Positions 50,204 through 63,600 of a stretch of 64,000 bases of DNA are shown here, in pieces. The position numbers and the translations under genes were made by a program. How positions within the stretch are numbered: position 1 is the stretch's first letter; each line of letters begins with the position of its first letter. Location of the stretch: the NCBI GenBank assembly GCA_964016885.1, contig OZ024742.1, forward strand, positions 57,536,001 to 57,600,000, given 5' to 3'. The DNA comes from Eledone cirrhosa (Eukaryota). The notes under the pieces are model-generated. The model ran no database searches. It saw only the letters and a program-made list of their open reading frames with translations, and was not told the origin of the DNA.

Positions 50204-50990
50204 ATATGTGTGTATACAATTAACATAATTCTCAAGTAGATTCAACATGATCCGGTGTGTGATAAGGCTAACCTTCTGAATTACAGGTACAGTCCACTTG
50301 ACGGGCTTCCAAACTGTTTCTATCCACCCATTTTCACTCCCAATGCTTGGGTTTATACGCGGCTATGATAAAGTACACGTACCCAACACACCATGCATTG
50401 GATCGAGCACCGAATCTAATTGTTGCGAGGCTTACTTCTTTACCATTCAACCATCGTGTCATGGTGTCACCCGATATAACCTCTACTATATATACATTGA
50501 TGAAAATTGGCCATTATAAATGCCGAAGATAAATGTTAACCTACAATTTAGAAACGTTCACTTTTTTCATAATTTTCTTTAATTTTTACATTTTTGCATG
50601 ACTGTTACCGAACAGTTAACATTATAAAGAACATCTCAAAAGTAATAGTAATTTATTTTTATTTCTATTTTAATACTAATAAACCTTCTTGTTTTTAAAA
50701 GAAAATGAAAAAATTAACTACCTAACACACACACTATGATGCCACTCTCATCTTTGCCGGAAGTATTAAGCCACGAACATGGAATCAAAGAATCGTAGAA
50801 GCATCAAAATGAATTTGGCACGCATACCTTTATTCGTTATATAAAAAATATATAAATTCTTGAGAAGGTAAAAACCTGATCTCAGTATATAAATTCACGA
50901 AGATAAAAACACTAAATAAATCAAACGAATGGAAAATTGGACTTTCAACTCCATGTGCATCAAAGTAATGTTGTACAAATGTGTGTAGTG

Positions 50991-51059
<69 letters not shown>

Positions 51060-51346
51060 CATTCAACAAGAATAGTTTGTATACAAAATGCGCAACACTT
51101 TAAAAACTTTCATACCTCCGACTGCCAACGAGGATAACGAATTCGAAATACATGTATACAGCACATTGAGACCGATACAGAGGGAGCTATCATATAATCA
51201 CGAAACTAAATGTATGCATATTGTAAATAAAAATTAATTTCTTGTCTCTGGGAGAAAACCGTGATTAAGTCGAATTGTGTTGCCGCCTGGCAAAACATCA
51301 GTTAATTTCGAAAACTGTATTATATATATATATACGCACACACGCG

Positions 51347-51436
<90 letters not shown>

Positions 51437-51585
51437 CGTGCGTGTGTGCGTATGCGTCTATGTGTGTGTGAGTGGACCCGTAACTTCTGATGGAGTCATG
51501 GCGATGCTATAATGACATTACATATCATGGGCAGAGACCATCCACTTTCCAGGTCTGAATACACCCAATTTCTTCATACAATCTT

Positions 51586-51653
<68 letters not shown>

Positions 51654-52329
51654 CGTATGTGTGTAATTATATGTGTGTGTGTGTGTGTGTGCGTATGTGT
51701 GTAATTATATGTATATGTGTGTGTCTTTGATTAATATACGAGGAATTGGAGAAACCTCAAATTTGAAAATATGTTAACCAAAATGCTATAAATAGATAAC
51801 TATAAAAATTAGCTGAATAAATCCTGGTGACAGAAAAAAGTGCATATCGATGCCTGTGGGAATCGAACCATGCTTCTCTGAAGTGCATTTAACCAATTAT
51901 CACCAATTACCATAATTTTTTAGAAAATTGAAGTGTCAAGCTAGAAGTGTAAACAACATCTGGTTAACTTATATTAGCCACAATGCAAATAACTTTTGAT
52001 AATAGGTGAATAAGTTAGGTAAATTACCGTTGGAGATGGAAAATATGTATATACAAACAAACATATATATGTACAAACACACATACACACACACACACAC
52101 ATACATATATACATATATACATGCATATATACATACATGCACACATACATACCTGCCCAAATACAAACACATACACATATACACCTACACACATACATTA
52201 CACAATAATTCTAATAGTTGCACTGATAGAAATCACGTGACAGAGAAATTCATTTGCATTACTTTGTTTAGTGTTAAATATTTTTAGAATTGTTGAAAAT
52301 AATGAAATTATCACATAAATGACTGAATT

Positions 52330-52682
52330 ATTTAATTGATATAAATTTATTTAGCAACTGTGTTGTGTGGGAACGGATCTCCGTCGGTTTTGCCGATGAG
52401 TGTTCCAGTTTTTTATTTACGTTGTTTGCTAACGAGCAAATAGTTGAACATTCTACAGTCAAGTGCACCCTTAAAGTAGTTCTCAGGGAGATTCGGTTTG
52501 ACATATTGAGTGGCGAAGTTGGTTCCTTGAATTGCAGGTACAAGTAATTTGTCAGCTGAGTGGGCTGGAATGATGTGAAATAAAGTGTCTCGCTCAAGGA
52601 CACAACACGCTGTTTGGTAATCGAACTCACTACATTGCGATTATGAGTCGAACACCTTAATCAACAAGCCACTCGCCTTCAC
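52330..52682 (-). mobile_element. SINE, reverse copy
   Basis: GTCTCGCTCAAGGACACAAC..AATCGAACTCAC..AAGCCACTCGCC (reverse core, B-box and A-box). Confidence 0.75.
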
Positions 52683-52763
52683 TTTGTAATTTTAAGTAAT
52701 TAGTTAAAATAAATTAATAGCTGTTATTTTTTGTAGATATAGGAGTCTGTGGGAGATGGGACA

Positions 52764-52880
52764 GAACATCATCTTCATCATCATAATCATCATCATCACC
52801 ATTACCACCATCACTGCCATCATTATCATCATCACGATCACCATCGTCATCATCACCATCGTCATCATCACCATCGTCAT

Positions 52881-52912
<32 letters not shown>

Positions 52913-52920
52913 CCATCAAG
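52764..52920. repeat. Imperfect (CAT)n repeat
   Basis: Direct reading. Confidence 0.95.
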
Positions 52921-52954
52921 AATAATTGCAAACGGAAATTTGAAATTACATCCA

Positions 52955-53090
52955 ATTGGCAGAATCATTAGAGCATCGGATTAAATGCCTCGGTGTTTGT
53001 CTTAGCACTCTGTGCTCTGAGTTCAAATCCCACACTGGTCAGCTTTGATTTTCATCCTTTTGAGAGTCAATATATAAAGTATCAGACCAG
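52955..53090 (+). mobile_element. SINE family C
   Basis: TTGGCAGAATCATTAGAGC.TCGG..GAGTTCAAATCCC..TTTCATCC. Confidence 0.75.
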
Positions 53091-53189
53091 GGGAGGGGTA
53101 GGGGTGGAGGATAGGCGGAATTGTTGACGAGTGAGACGGAATATTTTGCTGAATCTGGTTCGGCACCGCATGTTCTGAGTTCATAATCC

Positions 53190-54140
53190 CGCCTTCTTCT
53201 TCCAGAAGTTGCAACTGAAAGTTAATATCAGCAATTGAGAGACCGGTGTTTCCTTGGTCCGATCTGATTACCAGCTTCTTTCTTCTGCCAAGAGTTATAA
53301 CCAACTGAGAGTATTGGCAATAGAAAGACCAAAGGAAACATTGTTCCCTTGGTCCGATCTCATGACCAGCTTCTTTCTTCTGCCAAGAGTTATAACCAAC
53401 TGAGAGTATTGGCAATAGAAAGACCAAAGGAAACATTGTTTCCTTGGTCCGATCTCATGACCAGCTTCTTTCTTCTGCCAGGAGTTATAACCAACTGAGA
53501 GTATTGGCAATAGAAAGACCAAAGGAAACATTGTTTCCTTGGTCCGATCTCATGACCAGCTTCTTTCTTCTGCCAAGAGTTATAACCAACTGAGAGTATT
53601 GGCAATAGAAAGACCAAAGGAAACATTGTTTCCTTGGTCCGATCTCATGACCAGCTTCTTTCTTCTGCCAAGTGTTATAACCAACTGAGAGTATTGGCAA
53701 TAGAAAGACCAAAGGAAACATTGTTTCCTTGGTCCGATCTCATGACCAGCTTCTTTCTTCTGCCAAGAGTTATAACCAACTGAGAGTATTGGCAATAGAA
53801 AGACCAAAGGAAACATTGTTTCCTTGGTCCGATCTCATGACCAGCTTCTTTCTTCTGTCAAGAGTTATAACCAACTGAGAGTATTGGCAATAGAAAGACC
53901 AAAGGAAACATTGTTTCCTTGGTCCGATCTCATAAACAGCTTCTTTCTTCTGCCAAGAGTTATAACCAACTGAGAGTATTGGCAATAGAAAGACCAAAGG
54001 AAACATTGTTTCCTTGGTCCGATCTCATGACCAGCTTCTTTCTTCTGCATGAAGTTGAAACCATCAGACAGAATCAGCACTAGAGAGTCCAATGGAAACA
54101 TTTCTTCGTTGATCCGATCTGTCGATCAGCTCCTTTCATT
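53190..54140. repeat. 95-bp tandem satellite: about 8 near-identical units plus diverged edge units
   Basis: Unit TTGTTTCCTTGGTCCGATCTCATGACCAGCTTCTTTCTTCTGCCAAGAGTTATAACCAACTGAGAGTATTGGCAATAGAAAGACCAAAGGAAACA; ORF-track offsets of 95 confirm the period. Confidence 0.97.
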
Positions 54141-54171
54141 TTTTGCTCAAGTCATTCACAAATGTGTTATC

Positions 54172-54407
54172 ATTGATGTTGTTGTTGTTGTTCTTCTTCT
54201 TCTTCTTCTTCTTCTTCTTCTTCTTCTTCTTCTTCTTCTTCTTCTTCTTCTTCTTCTTCTTCTTCTTCTTCTTCATCATCCTCCTTCTTTAAATCCCCTC
54301 ATATCACATGATTTGAAAGGATTATGATGATCATTAATAGCATCATCATCATCATCATTATCATCGCCATCAGGAAAAGAACAAGTTGTTATTACAATCT
54401 CTATTTA

Positions 54408-54444
<37 letters not shown>

Positions 54445-54490
54445 CACTCTTTCTCTCCTCCCCTCACTCTCCTCCCCTCTCTCTCCTTCC

Positions 54491-54525
<35 letters not shown>
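54172..54525. repeat. (GTT)n(CTT)n, (CAT)n, (TA)n and (CT)n microsatellites
   Basis: Direct reading. Confidence 0.95.
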
Positions 54526-54669
54526 ATACTGTTTACTGATGTCTTTATAATCTTCAGTATTTGTTGCTGATATTCTTGTTACCCCCCCCCCCCCCCACGC
54601 TAAACACACTCAGTGTTACTTTTCAGTCGTTTTTGCAGCATTTTTGTATTTATTTCATTTTAATTTAAT

Positions 54670-57600
54670 GTGTGGTAGTGATGGAGGTGGAGGTAGTGGT
54701 CGTGATAGTGTTGGTGGTGGAGGTAGTAGTCGTGGTAGTGTTGGTGGTGGAGGTAGTGGTCGTGGTAGTGATGGTGGTGGTGGAGGTAGTGGTTGTGGTA
54801 GTGTTGGTGGTGGTGGAGGTAGTAGTCGTGGTAGTGTTGGTGGTGGTGGAGGTAATGGTCGTGGTAGTGATGGTGGTGGTGGAGGTAGTGTTCGTGGTAG
54901 TGTTGATGGTGGAGGTAGTGGTCGTGGTAGTGATGGTGGTGGAGGTAGTGGTCGTGGAGGTGTTGGTGGTGGAGGTAGTGGTCGTGGTAGTGTTGATGGT
55001 GGAGGTAGTGGTCGTGGTAGTGTTGGGGGTGGTGGAGGTAGTGGTCGTGGTAGTGTTGGTGGTGGTGGAGGTAGTGGTCGTGGTAGTGTTGGTGGTGGTG
55101 GAGGTAGTGGTCGTGGTAGTGTTGGTGGTGGTGGAGGTAGTGGTCGTGGTAGTGTTGGTGGTGGTGGAGGTAGTGGTCGTGGTAGTGTTGGTGGTGGTGG
55201 AGGTAGTGGTCGTGGTAGTGTTGGTGGTGGAGGTAGTGGTCGTTATAGTGTTGGTGGTGGAGGTAGTGGTCGTCGTAGTGTTGGTAGTGGAGGTAGTGGT
55301 CGTGGTAGTGTTGGTGGTGGAGGTAGTAGTCGTGGTAGTGTTGGTGGTGTTGGAGGTAGTGGTCGTGGTAGTGTTGGTGGTGGAGGTAGTGGTCGTGGTA
55401 GTGTTGGTGGTGGTGGAGGTAGTGGTCGTGGTAGTGTTGGTGGTGGAGGTAGTGGTCGTGGTAGTGTTGGTGGTGGAGGTAGTAGTCGTGGTAGTGTTGG
55501 TGGTGTTGGAGGTAGTGGTCGTGGTAGTGTTGGTGGTGGAGGTAGTAGTCGTGGTAGTGTTGGTGGTGTTGGAGGTAGTGGTCGTGATAGTGTTGGTGGT
55601 GGAGGTAGTAGTCGTGGTAGTGTTGGTGGTGTTGGAGGTAGTGGTCGTGGTAGTGTTGGTGGTGGAGGTAGTGGTCGTGGTAGTGTTGGTGGTGGTGGAG
55701 GTAGTGGTCGTGGTAGTGTTGGTGGTGGAGGTAGTGGTCGTGGTAGTGTTGGTGGTGGAGGTAGTGGTCGTGGTAGTGTTGGTGGTGGAGGTAGTGGTCG
55801 TGGTAGTGTTGGTGGTGGAGGTAGTGGTTGTGGTAGTGTTGGTGGTGGAGGTAGTAGTCGTGGTAGTGTTGGTGGTGGAGGTAGTAGTCGTGGTAGTGTT
55901 GGTGGTGGTGGAGGTAGTGGTCGTGGTAGTGTTGGTGGTGGTGGAAGTAGTGGTTGTGGTAGTGTTGGTGGTGGTGGAGGTAGTAGTCGTGGTAGTGTTG
56001 GTGGTGGTGGAGGTAATGGTCGTGGTAGTGATGGTGATGGTGGAGGTAGTGTTCGTGGTAGTGTTGGTGGTGGAGGTAGTGGTCGTGGTAGTGATGGTGG
56101 TGGTGGAGGTAGTGGTCGTGGTAGTGTTGTTGGTGGTGGTAGTGGTCGTGGTAGTGTTGATGGTGGAGGTAGTGGTCGTGGTAGTGTTGGGGGTGGTGGA
56201 GGTAGTGGTCGTGGTAGTGTTGGTGGTGGTGGAGGTAGTGGTCGTGGTAGTGTTGGTGGTGGTGGAGGTAGTGGTCGTGGTAGTGTTGGTGGTGGTGGAG
56301 GTAGTGGTCGTGGTAGTGTTGGTGGTGGAGGTAGTGGTCGTTATAGTGTTGGTGGTGGAGGTAGTGGTCGTGATAGTGTTGGTGGTGGAGGTAGTAGTCG
56401 TGGTAGTGTTGGTGGTGTTGGAGGTAGTGGTCGTGGTAGTGTTGGTGGTGGAGGTAGTGGTCGTGGTAGTGTTGGTGGTGGTGGAGGTAGTGGTCGTGGT
56501 AGTGTTGGTGGTGGAGGTAGTGGTCGTGGTAGTGTTGGTGGTGGAGGTAGTGGTCGTGGTAGTGTTGGTGGTGGAGGTGGTGGTCGTGGTAGTGTTGGTG
56601 GTGGAGGTAGTGGTTGTGGTAGTGTTGGTGGTGGAGGTAGTAGTCGTGGTAGTGTTGGTGGTGGAGGTAGTAGTCGTGGTAGTGTTGGTGGTGGTGGAGG
56701 TAGTGGTCGTGGTAGTGTTGGTGGTGGTGGAGGTAGTGGTCGTGGTAGTGTTGGTGGTGGAGGTAGTGGTCGTGGTAGTGTTGGTGGTGGAGGTAGTGGT
56801 CGTTATAGTGTTGGTGGTGGAGGTAGTGGTCGTGGTAGTGTTGGTGGTGGAGGTAGTGGTCGTCGTAGTGTTGGTGGTGGAGGTAGTGGTTGTGGTAGTG
56901 TTGGTGTTGGTGGAGGTAGTGGTCGTGGTAGTGTTGGTGGTGGAGGTAGTAGTCGTGGTAGTGTTGGTGGTGGAGGTAGTGGTCGTGGTAGTGTTGGTGG
57001 TGGAGGTAGTGATCGTGGTAGTGGTGGTGGTGGAGGTAGTGGTCGTGGTAGTGATGGTGGTGGAGGTAGTAGTCGTGGTAGTGTTGGTGGTGGAGGTAGT
57101 GGTCGTGGTAGTGTTGGTGGTGGAGGTACTGGTCGTCGTAGTGTTGGTGGTGGAGGTAGTGGTCGTCGTAGTGTTGGTGGTGGTGGAGGTAGTGGTCGTG
57201 GTAGTGTTGGTGGTGGAGCTAGTGGTCGTGGTAGTGTTGGTGGTGGAGGTAGTGGTCGTGGTAGTGTTGGTGGTAATGGAGGTAGTAGTCGTGGTAGTGT
57301 TGGTGGTGGAGGTAGTGGTCGTGGTAGTGTTGGTGGTGGAGGTACTGGTCGTCGTAGTGTTGGTGGTGGAGGTAGTGGTCGTCGTAGTGTTGGTGGTGGT
57401 GGAGGTAGTGGTCGTGGTAGTGTTGGGGTGGAGCTAGTGGTCGTGGTAGTGTTGGTGGTGGAGGTAGTGGTCGTGGTAGTGTTGGTGGTGGTGGAGGTAG
57501 TGGTCGTGGTAGTGTTGGTGGTGGAGGTAGTGGTCGTGGTAGTGTTGGTGGTGGAGGTAGTAGTCGTGGTAGTGTTGGTGGTGGTGGAGGTAGTGTTCGT

Positions 57601-60600
57601 GGTAGTGTTGGTGGTGGTGGAGGTAGTGGTCGTGGTAGTGTTGGTGGTGGAGGTAGTGGTCGTGGTAGTGTTGGTGGTGGTGGAGGTAGTGGTTGTGGTA
57701 GTGTTGGTGGTGGAGGTAGTGGTCGTGGTAGTGTTGGTGGTGGAGCTAGTGGTCGTGGTAGTGTTGGTGGTGGAGGTAGTGGTCGTGGTAGTGTTGGTGG
57801 TGGTGGAGGTAGTAGTCGTGGTAGTGTTGGTGGTGGTGGAGGTAGTGGTCGTGGTAGTGTTGGTGGTGGTGGAGGTAGTGTTCGTGGTAGTGTTGGTGGT
57901 GGTAGAGGTAGTGGTCGTGGTAGTGTTGGTGGTGGTGGAGGTAGTGGTCGTGGTAGTGTTGGTGGTGGTGGAGGTAGTGTTCGTGGTAGTGTTGGTGGTG
58001 GTGGAGGTAGTGGTCGTGGTAGTGTTGGTGGTGGTGGAGGTAGTGGTCGTCGTAGTGTTGGTGGTGGTGGAGGTAGTGGTCGTCGTAGTGTTGGTGGTGC
58101 TGGAGGTAGTGGTCGTAGTAGTGTTGGTGGTGGTGGAGGTAGTGGTCGTCGTAGTGTTCGTGGTGGTGGAGGTAGTGTTCGTGGTAGTGTTGGTGGTGGT
58201 GGAGGTAGTGGTCGTGGTAGTGTTGGTGGTGGTGGAGGTAGTGGTCGTGGTAGTGTTGGTGGTGGTGGAGGTAGTGGTTGTGGTAGTGTTGGTGGTGGTG
58301 GAGGTAGTGGTCGTCGTAGTGTTGGTGGTGATGGAGGTAGTGGTCGTAGTAGTGTTGGTGGTGGTGGAGGTAGTGGTCGTCGTAGTGTTGGTGGTGGTGG
58401 AGGTAGTGTGCGTGGTAGTGTTGGTGGTGGTGGAGGTAGTGTTCGTGGTAGTGTTGGTGGTGGTGGAGGTAGTGGTCGTGGTAGCGTTGGTGGTGGTGGA
58501 GGTACTGGTCGTCGTAGTGTTGGTGGTGGTGGAGGTAGTGGTCGTGGTAGTGTTGGTGGTGGAGGTAGAAGTTGTGGTAGTGTTGGTGGTGGTGGAGGTA
58601 GTGGTCGTCGTAGTGTTGGTGGTGGTGGAGGTAGTGGTCGTAGTAGTGTTGGTGGTGGTGGAGGTAGTGGTCGTCGTAGTGTTGGTGGTGGTGGAGGTAG
58701 TGGTCGTGGTAGTGTTGGTGGTGGTGGAGGTAGTGGTCGTAGTAGTGTTGGTGGTGGTGGAGGTAGTGGTCGTCGTAGTGTTGGTGGTGGTGGAGGTAGT
58801 GTTCGTGGTAGTGCTGGTGGTGGAGGTAGTGGTCGTGGTAGTGTTGGTGGTGGAGGTACTGGTCGTCGTAGTGTTGGTGGTGGAGGTAGTGGTCGTCGTA
58901 GTGTTGGTGGTGGAGGTAGTGGTCGTAGTAGTGTTGGTGGTGGTGGAGGTAGTGGTCGTCGTAGTGTTGGTGGTGGTGGAGGTAGTAGTCGTGGTAGTGT
59001 TGGTGGTGGTGGAGGTAGTGGTCGTCGTAGTGTTGGTGGTGGAGGTAGAAGTCGTAGTAGTGTTGGTGGTGGTGGAGGTAGTGGTCGTCGTAGTGTTGGT
59101 GGTGGTGGAGGTAGTGGTCGTGGTAGTGTTGGTGGTGGAGGTAGTGGTCGTGGTAGTGTTGGTGGTGGAGGTACTGGTCGTCGTAGTGTTGGTGGTGGAG
59201 GTACTGGTCGTCGTAGTGTTGGTGGTGGAGGTAGTGGTCGTGATAGTGTTGGTGGTGGAGGTAGTGGTCGTGGTAGTGTTGGTGGTGGAGGTAGTGTTCG
59301 TGGTAGTGTTGGTGGTGGTGGAGGTAGTGGTTGTGGTAGTGTTGATGGTGGTGGAGGTAGTGGTCGTGGTAGTGTTGGTGGTGGAGGTAGTAGTCGTGGT
59401 AGTGTTGGTGGTGGAGGTAGTGGTCGTGGTAGTGATGGTGGTGGTGGAGGTAGTGGTTGTGGTAGTGTTGGTGGTGGTGGAGGTAGTAGTCGTGGTAGTG
59501 TTGGTGGTGGTGGAGGTAATGGTCGTGGTAGTGATGGTGGTGGTGGAGGTAGTGTTCGTGGTAGTGTTGGTGGTGGTGGAGGTAGTGGTCGTCGTAGTGT
59601 TGGTGGTGGAGGTAGTGGTCGTCGTAGTGTTGGTGGTGGTGGAGGTAGTGGTCGTGGTAGTGTTGGTGGTGGTGGAGGTAGTGTTCGTGGTAGTGTTGGT
59701 GGTGGTGGAGGTAGTGGTCGTGGTAGTGTTGGTGGTGGTGGAGGTAGTGGTCCTGGTAGTGTTGGTGGTGGAGGTAGTGGTCGTCGTAGTGTTGGTGGTG
59801 GAGGTAGTGGTCGTCGTAGTGTTGGTGGTGGTGGAGGTAGTGGTCGTGGTAGTGTTAGTGGTGGTGGAGGTAGTGTTCGTGGTAGTGTTGGTGGTGGTGG
59901 AGGTAGTGGTCGTGGTAGTGATGGTGGTGGTGGAGGTAGTGGTCTTTGTAGTGTTGGTGGTGGAGGTAGTGGTCGTCGTAGTGTTGGTAGTGGAGGTAGT
60001 GGCCGTCGTAGTGTTGGTGGTGGTGGAGGTAGTAGTCGTGGTAGTGTTGGTGGTGGTGGAGGTAGTGGTCGTGGTAGTGTTGGTGGTGGTGGAGGTAGTG
60101 GTCGTGGTAGTGTTGGTGGTGGAGGTAGTGGTCGTCGTAGTGTTGGTGGTGGAGGTAGTGGTCGTCGTAGTGGTGGTGGTGGTGGAGGTAGTGGTCGTGG
60201 TAGTGTTGGTGGTGGAGGTAGAAGTCGTGGTAGTGTTGGTGGTGGTGGAGGTAGTGGTCGTGGTAGTGTTGGTGGTGGTGGAGGTAGTGGTCGTGGTAGT
60301 GTTGGTGGTGGAGGTAGTAGTCGTGGTAGTGTTGGTGGTGGTGGAGGTAGTGGTCGTGGTATTGTTGGTGGTGGTGGAGGTAGTGGTCGTGGTAGTGTTG
60401 GTGGTAGTGGAGGTAGTGGTCGTGGTAGTGTTGGTGGTGGTGGAGGTAGTGGTCGTAGTAGTGTTGGTGGTGGAGGTTGTAGTCGTGGTAGTATTGGTGG
60501 TGGTGGAGGTAGTGGTCGTGGTAGTGTTGGTGGTAGTGGAGGTAGTAGTCGTGGTAGTGTTGGTTGTGGAGGTAGTAGTCGTGGTAGTGTTGGTGGTGGT

Positions 60601-63600
60601 GGAGGTAGTGGTCGTTGTAGTGTTGGTTGTGGTGGAGGTAGTGGTCGTGGTAGTTTTGGTGGTGGAGGTAGTGGTCGTGGTAGTGTTGGTGGTGGAGGTA
60701 GTGGTGGTGGTAGTGTTGGTGGTGGAGGTAGTGGTCGTGGTAGTTTGGTGGTGGCGGAGGTAGTGGTCGTGGTAGTGTTGGTGGTGGAGGTAGTGGTGGT
60801 GGTAGTGTTGGTGGTGAAGATAGTGGTCGTGGTAGTATTGGTGGTGGTGGAGGTAGTGGTCGTGGTAGTGTTGGTGGTGGAGGTAGTGGTCGTGGTAGTG
60901 GTGGTGGTGGAGGTAGTGGTCGTGGTAGTGGTGGTGGTGGAGGTAGTGGTCGTGGTAGTGTTGGTGGTGGAGGTAGTGGTCGTGGTAGTGTTGGTGGTGG
61001 AGGTAGTGGTGGTGGTAGTGATGGTGGTGGAGGTAGTGGTCGTGATAGTGTTGGTGGTGGAGGTAGTGGTCGTGGTAGTGTTGGTGGTGGAGGTAGTGGT
61101 GGTGGTAGTGATGGTGGTGGAGGTAGTGGTCGTGATAGTGTTGGTGGTGGAGGTAGTGGTCGTGGTAGTGTTGGTGGTGGAGGTAGTGGTCGTGATAGTG
61201 TTGGTGGTGGTGGAGGTAGTGGTCGTGGTAGTGTTGGTGGTGGAGGTAGTGGTCGTGATAGTGTTGGTGGTGGAGGTAGTGGTCGTGGTAGTGTTGGTGG
61301 TGGAGGTAGTGGTCGTGGTAGTGGTGGTGGTGGCGGTAGTGGTCGTGATAGTGTTGGTGGTGGAGGTAGTGGTCGTGATAGTGTTGGTGGTGGAGGTAGT
61401 GGTCGTGATAGTGTTGGTGGTGGTGGAGGTAGTGGTCGTGGTATTGTTGGTGGTGGTGGAGGTAGTGGTCGTGGTAGTGTTGGTGGTGGTGGAGGTAGTG
61501 GTCGTCGTAGTGTTGGTGGTGGTGGAGGTAGTGGTCGTAGTAGTGTTGGTGGTGGTGGAGGTAGTGGTCGTCGTAGTGTTGGTGGTGGTGGAGGTAGTGT
61601 GCGTGGTAGTGTTGGTGGTGGTGGAGGTAGTGTTCGTGGTAGTGTTGGTGGTGGTGGAGGTAGTGGTCGTGGTAGTGTTGGTGGTGGTGGAGGTAGTAGT
61701 CGTGGTAGTGTTGGTGGTGGTGGAGGTAGTGGTCGTGGTAGTGTTGGTGGTGGAGGTAGAAGTCGTGGTAGTGTTGGTGGTGGTGGAGGTAGTGGTCGTC
61801 GTAGTGTTGGTGGTGGTGGAGGTAGTGGTCGTAGTAGTGTTGGTGGTGGTGGAGGTAGTGTTCGTGGTAGTGTTGGTGGTGGTGGAGGTAGTGGTCGTGG
61901 TAGTGTTGGTGGTGGTGGAGGTAGTGGTCGTGGTAGTGTTGGTGGTGGAGGTAGTGGTCGTCGTAGTATTGGTGGTGGTGGAGGTAGTGGTCGTCGTAGT
62001 GTTGGTGGTGGAGGTAGTGGTCGTGATAGTGTTGGTGGTGGTGGTGGAGGTAGTGGTGGTGGTAGTGATGGTGGTGGAGGTAGTGGTCGTGATAGTGTTG
62101 GTGGTGGAGGTAGTGGTCGTGGTAGTGTTGGTGGTGGAGGTAGTGGTCGTGGTAGTGTTGGGGGTGGAGGTAGTGGTCGTGGTAGTGTTGGTGGTGGAGG
62201 TAGTGGTCGTGGTAGTGTTGGTGGTGGAGGTAGTGGTCGTGATAGTGTTGGGGTGGAGGTAGTGGTCGTGATAGTGTTGGTGGTGGTGGAAGTAGTGGTG
62301 GTGGTAGTGATGGTGGTGGAGGTAGTGGTCGTGGTAGTGGTGGTGGTGGAGGTAGTGGTCGTGGTAGTGGTGGTGGTGGAGGTAGTGGTCGTGGTAGTGT
62401 TAGTGGTGGAGGTAGTGGTCGTGGTAGTGGTGGTGGTGGAGGTAGTGGTTTGTGGTAGTGGTGGTGGTGGAAGTAGTGGTCGTGGTAGTGTTGGTGGTGG
62501 TGGTGGTAGTGGTCGTGGTAGTGGTGGTGGTGGAGGTAGTGGTCGTCGTAGTGGTGGTGGTGGATGTAGTGGTCGTGATAGTGTTGGTGGTGGAGGTAGT
62601 GGTCGTCGTAGTGTTGGTGGTGGAGGTAGTGGTCGTGGTAGTGTTGGTGGTGGAGGTAGTGGTCGTGGTAGTGTTGGTGGTGGTGGTGGAGGTAGTGGTG
62701 GTGGTAGTGATGGTGGTGGAGGTAGTGGTCGTGATAGTGTTGGTGGTGGAGGTAGTGGTCGTGGTAGTGTTGGTGGTGGAGGTAGTGGTCGTGGTAGTGT
62801 TGGTGGTGGTGGAGGTAGTGGTCGTGGTAGTGTTGGTGGTGGAGGTAGTGGTCGTGGTAGTGTTGGTGGTGGAGGTAGTGGTGGTGGTAGTGATGTTGGT
62901 GGAGGTAGTGGTCGTGATAGTGTTGGTGGTGGAGGTAGTGGTCGTGGTAGTGTTGGTGGTGGAGGTAGTGGTCGTGATAGTGTTGGGGGTGGAGGTAGTG
63001 GTCGTGGTAGTGTTGGTGGTGGAGGTAGTGGTCGTGGTAGTGTTGGTGGTGGAGGTAGTGGTCGTGGTAGTGTTGGTGGTGGAGGTAGTGGTCGTGGTAG
63101 TGTTGGTGGTGGAGGTAGTGGTCGTGATAGTGTTGGGGGTGGAGGTAGTGGTCGTGATAGTGTTGCTGGTGGTGGAAGTAGTGGTGGTGGTAGTGATGGT
63201 GGTGGAGGTAGTGGTCGTGATAGTGTTGGTCGTGGAGGTAGTGGTCCTGGTAGTGTTGGTGGTAGTGGAGGTAGTGGTCGTGGTAGTGTTGGTGGTGGAG
63301 GTAGTGGTCGTGGTAGTGTTAGTGGTGGAGGTAGTGGTCGTGGTAGTGGTGGTGGTGGAGGTAGTGGTCGTGGTAGTGGTGGTGGTGGAGGTAGTGGTCG
63401 TGGTAGTGTTAGTGGTGGAGGTAGTGGTCGTGGTAGTGGTGGTGGTGGAGGTAGTGGTTTGTGGTAGTGGTGGTGGTGGTGGTGGTGGAGGTAGTGGTCG
63501 TGGTAGTGTTGGTGGTGGTGGTGGAGGTAGTGGTGGTGGTAGTGATGGTGGTGGAGGTAGTGGTCGTGATAGTGTTGGTGGTGGAGGTAGTGGTCGTGGT

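Noticed and set aside
53399-53450. CTGAGAG...GAAA in the 95-bp unit as a hammerhead
   Set aside because: The core is not CUGANGA, the A15.1-U16.1 pair is missing and there is no stem I.
53190-54140. 95-bp array as a CRISPR array or as repeated 78-aa genes
   Set aside because: No unique spacers or cas genes; the period is not a multiple of three.
54644-63467. 2039-, 921-, 1284- and 622-aa Gly-rich and Val-rich ORFs on the plus strand
   Set aside because: They come from a stop-poor GGT repeat. In the Gly frame third positions are almost invariant while first positions vary, and the ORFs switch between Gly and Val frames at single-base slips.
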